Of a stretch of 64,000 nt of DNA, positions 58,511 through 64,000 are shown piece by piece. A model generated the notes under the pieces. That model made no database searches and was not told the origin of the DNA. It worked only from the letters and a program-made list of their open reading frames with translations. Each line of letters starts with the position of its first letter. Within the stretch, counting starts at the first letter, position 1. Where the stretch lies: the NCBI GenBank assembly GCA_048882045.1, contig JBHLRZ010000001.1, positions 128,001 to 192,000 of the forward strand, given 5' to 3'. The position numbers were made by a program, and so were the translations under genes. The DNA is from Candidatus Thorarchaeota archaeon (lineage in GTDB: Archaea > Asgardarchaeota > Thorarchaeia > Thorarchaeales > Thorarchaeaceae).

Positions 58511-59287
58511 TCAGACGTTTTCGAACGTGGCACGCATTGTTGCACCACAATAGCCACAGCTGGCTTCCAGAGGGCCAACCCAGTCGACACTCTCATGTGA
58601 AACCTCTGCACCACAGGAGGGACACTTCAGTGGGAGGCGTACTGTTGTTGTCTGACTACCGTGTGTCATCACACTCCCTTGTTGTTCTTCAGGAATAGCA
58701 TGTATCGGTGCCTCGACAAGAATACTATCCATCCTTCGGCGACTTGCCCGAATGGAGCGACGAGAACGTCGGCAAGCGAAAAGACCACAGCAGAGGGGGA
58801 TCAGAATGGATGCAATGATGATGATGAAGATCCAGTCAAACAAATCCAAGGACTGGAAGAAACCTGGGATGTGAGCATCATCGTATACACCAATGTCATA
58901 AGATCCACTAGTGTCAGAATAGACGGAGTTCTCGGTCACTCCAATATATACTGTAGTGTTTGCTGCCAGATCAAAATCGACCTGCGGATAATTTCCATAG
59001 TCAGTTCCACTTTCAGCGATAATTGAAGTATAACCGCTGTCAGTTGCTACAGTTATCTTGACTTCAAGACCCCAGAACGATTCTGTGTCAACAACCACAG
59101 TCCAGTGTCCTGCTTCCAAGTCAGCTACATAATGATTTGTGTTTCCACCATAAACATATTCATCTGTTCGTTCAATATTGGCCACAAGACTTGCTTGGGC
59201 TGACACTGTTCCCACAAAGGCAAACAGCGCCACGACAAGACACGAAATCAAAAGCAGTGACTTTCGCTTCATGGTTTTTTTCCTCAC
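58511..59287 (-). CDS. Type I membrane protein: ectodomain, TM, cytoplasmic zinc ribbon
   Basis: Signal peptide, beta-sandwich-like ectodomain, TM ending LCCGLFACRRSRR, and CPSCG...CGYCG. Confidence 0.75.
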   Translation of the reverse strand: MRKKTMKRKSLLLISCLVVALFAFVGTVSAQASLVANIERTDEYVYGGNTNHYVADLEAGHWTVVVDTESFWGLEVKITVATDSGYTSIIAESGTDYGNYPQVDFDLAANTTVYIGVTENSVYSDTSGSYDIGVYDDAHIPGFFQSLDLFDWIFIIIIASILIPLCCGLFACRRSRRSIRASRRRMDSILVEAPIHAIPEEQQGSVMTHGSQTTTVRLPLKCPSCGAEVSHESVDWVGPLEASCGYCGATMRATFENV

Positions 59288-59428
59288 TATTGGGTCAGCA
59301 TTACAGGATATTAGATTTACCTGCTGAAACTAACATCTGACAATGAGCTAGATACTTATTCCACAGCAAACTCATCTTGACAGTAGAATAGTCAGTCGAG
59401 ATGCCGAAGGACCAGGTCCCGGGTGACT

Positions 59429-59956
59429 CTATTCAGATTTTCCTGATCCAGAAGCCTTGTGTTGTTTTCCTAGTTCAACATAGAGCTCCGCACCAGCCAT
59501 GAAGGCTTCCTTCATTGAGTCCGAAACTTGTTTTATGACCTTACCAGGTATACCAAGAACTAGACTGCCATCAGGTATCACTGTACCCTCAGTAACGACC
59601 GTTCCGGCTCCTATGACACAGTCATTCCCTACCTTTGCACCATCCAGAACGATGGCTCCCATCCCAATCACTGTTCGATCACCAATGGTACATGCGTGTA
59701 TCACGCAGTTGTGTCCTGCGGTCACGTAGTCGCCAATAACAGTAGGATTCATGAAAGTAGTATGCACCGAAACGTTGTCCTGAATGGACGTGCCTTTTCC
59801 AACTCTTATATAGTTCAAGTCAGCTCTGATGACTGCAGACTCCCAGATACTGGAGTCAGGTCCCACTTCAATGTCTCCAATGAGAGATGCTCTTGGGGAT
59901 ACGTATGCTTCGGGATCCACTTTTGGTCTTTTACCATTGAATTCGTACTGGCCCAT
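59429..59956 (-). CDS. Gamma carbonic anhydrase/PaaY family
   Basis: IRAD, IQDNVSVH, GHNCVIHAC and hexapeptide repeats; likely start MGQYEF at 59956. Confidence 0.92.
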   Translation of the reverse strand: MGQYEFNGKRPKVDPEAYVSPRASLIGDIEVGPDSSIWESAVIRADLNYIRVGKGTSIQDNVSVHTTFMNPTVIGDYVTAGHNCVIHACTIGDRTVIGMGAIVLDGAKVGNDCVIGAGTVVTEGTVIPDGSLVLGIPGKVIKQVSDSMKEAFMAGAELYVELGKQHKASGSGKSE

Positions 59957-60046
59957 TGGTTTACACCTTGGAAGAAGAGTACATCCTTTGTTCTTTAAGA
60001 GTATTGAAATGGGATTCATAATTCTAACAAAAAGAGGAGAGGTCCA

Positions 60047-60628
60047 ATGCCCGCGACACCACTTCACTATCCCATGGCTCATGGTCTTTCAAAGCTGGAC
60101 AAACGACTTTCCCTACCTGGCTTGGTCGTCGGTTCCGTAATTCCTGATATTGAAGTCCCTCTGATGTGGGTATTCTTCAGTGATTTGCCAGACCATTTGT
60201 TTCTTCACAGTCTGATTGGAGCTATAACTGTTGGAACGTTATTAGCTGTGGTTGTCACCTGGCTTCTCTATCCGCCAATCATATCAGCCATCTTTGGTGT
60301 AGACCACCAGAGGTTAAAGGACACTTCAGGAATGTCAGGAATTCTGGTTTTGTCATGTCTGATTGGTGTACTGTCACATCTCCTTCTTGACTATCCAATG
60401 CATTGGTATAATCCCATACTCTGGCCTTGGGTAGATCCCTATACTGTCGTAGGTCCATTAGTCCTTCTCTTTACACCTCTTGAGAGTATCAGCGGACAAG
60501 CCTTCAGAATGGCACACCTGTTGACAAGCATTATCATGCTTGTATGGTGGATTCTGATACTGATACAATATAGGGGAAAGAATCTGTGGAACAACCATTG
60601 GATCAGCAGCCACTTTGACCAAACTTAG
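60047..60628 (+). CDS. DUF4184/YdjM-like membrane metal-dependent hydrolase
   Basis: MPATPLH, GSVIPD, HS and SHLLLD..H. Confidence 0.8.
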   Translation: MPATPLHYPMAHGLSKLDKRLSLPGLVVGSVIPDIEVPLMWVFFSDLPDHLFLHSLIGAITVGTLLAVVVTWLLYPPIISAIFGVDHQRLKDTSGMSGILVLSCLIGVLSHLLLDYPMHWYNPILWPWVDPYTVVGPLVLLFTPLESISGQAFRMAHLLTSIIMLVWWILILIQYRGKNLWNNHWISSHFDQT

Positions 60629-61563
60629 TTACTACGTAGAGGCCACTCCTCAAGAGATACAGATGAGTGTGTGTCAATAATATTCTCAATTCCGTACAAA
60701 TCTCGGAGAAATGTGTTGAAAGAGTTGATACTCTTTGTCCTAACTGTTGCCAATAGACTATAGTCCTCACTAGTGCGATAGAGGTCCCAGACCTCATCCA
60801 TCTCTATCAGTTTTTGTGCGGTTTCAGCGGCTGTACCAGGTGAAACCTTCATTCTAACGAAGAACTTCACTGGCAATCCAATCATCCCAAAGTCAACCTC
60901 GATTGAATATCCCACTATTGCTCGTTTGAGCAATAACTTGTTGATAGCTTTTGAAACAGCAGGTTGGCGCATTAAAGGACTCATCTTTTTCCCAATAGCC
61001 TCTTGTGCGAGAGGAAATGGTTTCTCTGATGTAGGTTTATGGTAGCGCATTATTCTAAGAAGGGACATCTCTTTAGGAGAGATATACGTGTCACCAGGTT
61101 CATTTGGTACTATCCGAAATCCATTCTTTTTGTAAGTTGTAAGAATCTGTGCTTGATTGTATTTCCCCGAACCCGAACTTGCCACAACATTGTCGACTCT
61201 ATCAAGAAGGTCCTCAAAGGATCCCTCGCTATCAAACCTGAAGAATCCAATTAATGAGAACTCACCAACGACTCCATCTAATGACTCAAGTTCTTCCATC
61301 TGTAGTACTTTCTTACTTACATCTTGCTCTCGTGGATTACTTTTCATGAAGAGAACTGTGTTCCTTGCTGTTTTCACTGTTGCAGGATTGATGATTGTTG
61401 TATAACCCCTTATCACCCCACTCTTCACAAGACTTCTGATCTTCCGTGAAACCCAGTTCCGGCTTTTTCCAAGCAATTTTCCAATCACTTGAGGTGTGAA
61501 TCTTGAATTTTGAACAAGAGCTTCGAGAAGACGTTGGTCTGTATCAGAAAGAATGTTTTGCAT
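60625..61563 (-). CDS. Tandem (double) Lrp/AsnC-family regulator
   Basis: Two HTH+RAM units: GVIRGYTT..GEFSL and AIVGYSI..EDYSLL. Confidence 0.85.
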   Translation of the reverse strand: MQNILSDTDQRLLEALVQNSRFTPQVIGKLLGKSRNWVSRKIRSLVKSGVIRGYTTIINPATVKTARNTVLFMKSNPREQDVSKKVLQMEELESLDGVVGEFSLIGFFRFDSEGSFEDLLDRVDNVVASSGSGKYNQAQILTTYKKNGFRIVPNEPGDTYISPKEMSLLRIMRYHKPTSEKPFPLAQEAIGKKMSPLMRQPAVSKAINKLLLKRAIVGYSIEVDFGMIGLPVKFFVRMKVSPGTAAETAQKLIEMDEVWDLYRTSEDYSLLATVRTKSINSFNTFLRDLYGIENIIDTHSSVSLEEWPLRSN

Positions 61564-61602
61564 TATTATCCCTCATTTGTGAAGCGAATCATTCCAAAAT
61601 TC

Positions 61603-61617
61603 TATGATATATTCATA
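61603..61617. promoter_or_regulatory. Lrp-box-like palindrome between the Lrp gene and ahcY
   Basis: TATGA-tatat-TCATA. Confidence 0.5.
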
Positions 61618-61640
61618 TATTTTGTGATTTCAGCGGAGCT

Positions 61641-62909
61641 GTGATTAGAATGACAAATTACAAGGTAAAAGACATTGGACTTGCTGAAGAGGGGCGTATG
61701 CTGATCGAGTATGCCGAGAAGCACATGCCAGTGTTGATGCATCTTCGCAAGAAGTACTCAAAGTCCCAACCACTGAAGGGCATGAAGATTGCTGGGTGTC
61801 TTCATGTGACAAAGGAAACAGCAGTTCTTGTAGAAACACTTCGGGCTGCTGGAGCTGAGGTCGCATGGTCGGGCTGTAATCCACTCTCCACAAACGACAA
61901 GGTAGCAGCTGGTCTGGCTGCTAATGATGTGCCAGTGTTTGCGTGGCATAATCTCAACACCGAGGAGTACTACTGGTGCATAGAGCAGACTTTGAAGACA
62001 GAGCCTACATTGACCCTTGATGATGGTGCAGATCTCATTTTTACACTTCACAACAAACACACAGAGCTCATTCCCAATCTGTATGGCGGTTCTGAAGAAA
62101 CCACAACAGGTGTGATTCGAGTCCGTGCTATGGCAGATGATGGAGCTCTCAAGTATCCGATAATGGCTGTCAACGACGCAGATACAAAGCACCTGTTTGA
62201 CAATGTATATGGGACTGGGCAGAGTGTCTTTGATGGCGTCATGAGAGCTTCAGCTATCCTGATTGCTGGAAAGACCGTTGTCATTGGTGGTTACGGCTAC
62301 TGCGGTCGTGGAATGGCTGATCGTGCAAGAGGACTTGGTGCAAACGTAATCGTCACTGAAGTAGATCCTGTCCGTGCTCTGCAAGCACGAATGGATGGAT
62401 TCAGAGTCATGAAGATGAGTGACGCTGCTCCTGAAGGAGACTTATTCCTCACAGCAACAGGAATGAAGGATATTGTCACTGGTGAGCACTTCAAGGTCAT
62501 GAAAGACGGTGCTATGTTTGGTAATGCTGGACACTATAATGTCGAGATAAACGAACCAGATCTCATTGCTCAGAGTAAAGGTCCGAAGAGGAGAGTTCGT
62601 CATGCTCTTGACGAGTATGAGCTCAAGGACGGTCGCCGCCTCTACTTATTGGGAGAGGGGCGATTGGTAAACCTGGCTGCTGCAGAAGGACACCCAAGCG
62701 AGGTTATGGATCTCTCATTTGCATCTCAGTTGAACGCTATGATCTGGATGACCAAGCATGGTAAAGACCTCAAACCAGCGGTGTACGAGTTCCCTAAGGA
62801 ACTGGACAACGAAACTGCATTGGCCAAACTCGAAACAATGGGCATCAGCATAGACCAATGGACAGAAGAGCAAGAACGCTATGCAAAAGCATACGCTGAA
62901 GGTACTTAG
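61641..62909 (+). CDS. ahcY: Adenosylhomocysteinase
   Basis: CLHVTKET, CNPLST, DDGAD, EETTTG, KHLFDNVYGTGQS and GHPSEVMDLSF. Confidence 0.98.
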   Translation: MIRMTNYKVKDIGLAEEGRMLIEYAEKHMPVLMHLRKKYSKSQPLKGMKIAGCLHVTKETAVLVETLRAAGAEVAWSGCNPLSTNDKVAAGLAANDVPVFAWHNLNTEEYYWCIEQTLKTEPTLTLDDGADLIFTLHNKHTELIPNLYGGSEETTTGVIRVRAMADDGALKYPIMAVNDADTKHLFDNVYGTGQSVFDGVMRASAILIAGKTVVIGGYGYCGRGMADRARGLGANVIVTEVDPVRALQARMDGFRVMKMSDAAPEGDLFLTATGMKDIVTGEHFKVMKDGAMFGNAGHYNVEINEPDLIAQSKGPKRRVRHALDEYELKDGRRLYLLGEGRLVNLAAAEGHPSEVMDLSFASQLNAMIWMTKHGKDLKPAVYEFPKELDNETALAKLETMGISIDQWTEEQERYAKAYAEGT

Positions 62910-62917
62910 AACAAAGT

Positions 62918-62952
62918 GAGTGGGACATGAATTCCCACTCGATCTTTTTCTT
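62918..62952 (+). terminator. Hairpin plus U-tract after ahcY
   Basis: GAGTGGGA-catgaat-TCCCACTC then gatctttttc. Confidence 0.65.
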
Positions 62953-63104
62953 TGCTTAAAAGTCTGATTTCATTTCTTGGTTCCATGAAGGTACTATTTG
63001 GATGATGTGCGTAAAGAATTAGAAAGAGAGATACTGAAACCCTTTCCCTTTTATTGTGCTGTTCACGTTCTATAATCATTTTATTATTCTAGGTTTGATA
63101 TCAT

Positions 63105-63680
63105 ATGACTAAAATCAAGATTGATCAAAGATTTTCTCCCTATCAAATGCCAAGTGTGATTATAGGTACAATCGTGAATGACCGGCCTAACTTCATGTTA
63201 TGTACTTGGGCAAGTCGTGTTAATCGAAATCCACCTACGTGGATGGTTTCAATTAATACAAAACATTACACGATGACTGGCATTAGAAAGAACAAAGTAT
63301 TCAGTATGAATCTGCCTTCAGCCAATCTTATTCAGCTAGCTGATTACATAGGTACCAATTCGGGACGTGAAATAGACAAGTCTTCACTGTTTGAGATATT
63401 CTATGGTGAAACAAAAGCTCCAATGATAATGGAGTGTGTTCTCAATATGGAACTTGAGGTTATGCAGATAATAGAACTGCCGGATCACTTCGTGGTTCTG
63501 GGGACTGCTGTGACTTCCTATGTTGATGATAGGAATATGACCGATAACAAACCAGACTTGAAGAAGATGAATCCTGTTGTTTACACCGGGGCTGAAAAGC
63601 AACCAACATATTGGACGCTTGGTGAAAAGATTGGAGATGCTTTTAAACTGGGAAAAGAATTCAAGGGACTCAAAACCTGA
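63105..63680 (+). CDS. Flavin reductase-like (flavoredoxin) protein
   Basis: PNFM, HYT..GI, FSMNLP, GTNSG..DK, APMI.EC and YWTLGE.IG.AF. Confidence 0.88.
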   Translation: MTKIKIDQRFSPYQMPSVIIGTIVNDRPNFMLCTWASRVNRNPPTWMVSINTKHYTMTGIRKNKVFSMNLPSANLIQLADYIGTNSGREIDKSSLFEIFYGETKAPMIMECVLNMELEVMQIIELPDHFVVLGTAVTSYVDDRNMTDNKPDLKKMNPVVYTGAEKQPTYWTLGEKIGDAFKLGKEFKGLKT

Positions 63681-63705
63681 GGAGAGAATAGTTGTAGAAG
63701 GTTAA

Positions 63706-63965
63706 TCAGGAAGAGTTCTTTCTATTGTCGCCCTTAGGTCCCTTTTCCTTCCTTCGTTTTAGTTTGAGGGTTGTGACCATTCCTTTCTCCTTGAGGTCCT
63801 TCTTGGATATATCTCCTTCTGACATAGAGAAGAATTTACTTCCATATTGCTTCACTTTCTCCCAATCTATGGGGAAGCCTAGACCAGGTTCCTGTGGAAT
63901 CTTTAAAAACCATCAGAGGGTATGATAGATAATGTGAGGATACCATCTCTGAATTCAGGTGTCCA
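63706..63965 (-). pseudogene. Frameshifted C-terminal fragment of a mandelate racemase/muconate lactonizing (enolase superfamily) gene
   Basis: Manual translation gives WTPEFRDGILTLSIIPSDGF*. One T is missing in the run at 63905-63909, after which the frame reads KIPQEPGLGFPIDWEKVKQYG. Confidence 0.7.
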
Positions 63966-64000
63966 AGCGAGGTTATGGATCTCTGATTTGCATCTCAGTT
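63963..64000 (+). repeat. Direct-repeat copy of ahcY 62694-62731 (37/38 identical)
   Basis: ccaagcgaggttatggatctct[g/c]atttgcatctcagtt; the one mismatch turns Ser TCA into TGA. Confidence 0.92.

Noticed and set aside
63901-63911. Programmed -1 frameshift at TTTAAAG
   Set aside because: The heptamer is not in the required phase and the gene lacks its 5' part; a deletion or sequencing error fits better.
280-63925. Numerous antisense or overlapping ORFs in the track (e.g. 19207-19986 +, 1954-2388 +, 63725-63925 +)
   Set aside because: They are shadows of well-supported genes on the opposite strand, Ser/Thr-rich and without family motifs.
63984-63986. TGA in the ahcY duplicate as a Sec codon
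   Set aside because: It replaces a Ser codon in a start-less fragment; a simple nonsense change is more likely.

Overview
Gene-dense archaeal DNA, most likely Asgard (Thorarchaeia-like). This is inferred from gene content: a Rab-like GTPase, a longin/winged-helix protein, stand-alone SCP2, an expanded hdr set and an archaeal exosome operon. From left to right: the 5' end of a class II photolyase (missed by the ORF track); an ECF module at the end of the proteasome-exosome superoperon (psmA-SBDS-rrp4-rrp41-rrp42-rpl37ae-Brix-pcc1-pfdB-DUF3194-DHH); a NikR-type regulator with a cluster A-I metal ABC importer; a dehydrogenase-FGGY kinase-class II aldolase-AOR-AEC transporter catabolic operon; and an ABC-2 exporter. 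Next is a ~17 kb heterodisulfide-reductase region with two double-module HdrA proteins (one MvhD-fused), three HdrBC pairs, DUF2096 and a radical SAM gene. A korDA...korBC set is split by a small GTPase plus an NPRL2/3 (GATOR1)-like longin-wHTH gene pair, which is the top finding. The right end holds a 2-hydroxyacyl-CoA dehydratase/benzoyl-CoA reductase-type trio, two acyl-CoA ligases, a tandem Lrp facing ahcY, and a rearrangement scar (38-bp ahcY duplicate joined to a frameshifted enolase-superfamily fragment). I saw no rRNA, tRNA, CRISPR array or transposase. All family calls come from reading motifs by eye; no database searches were run.
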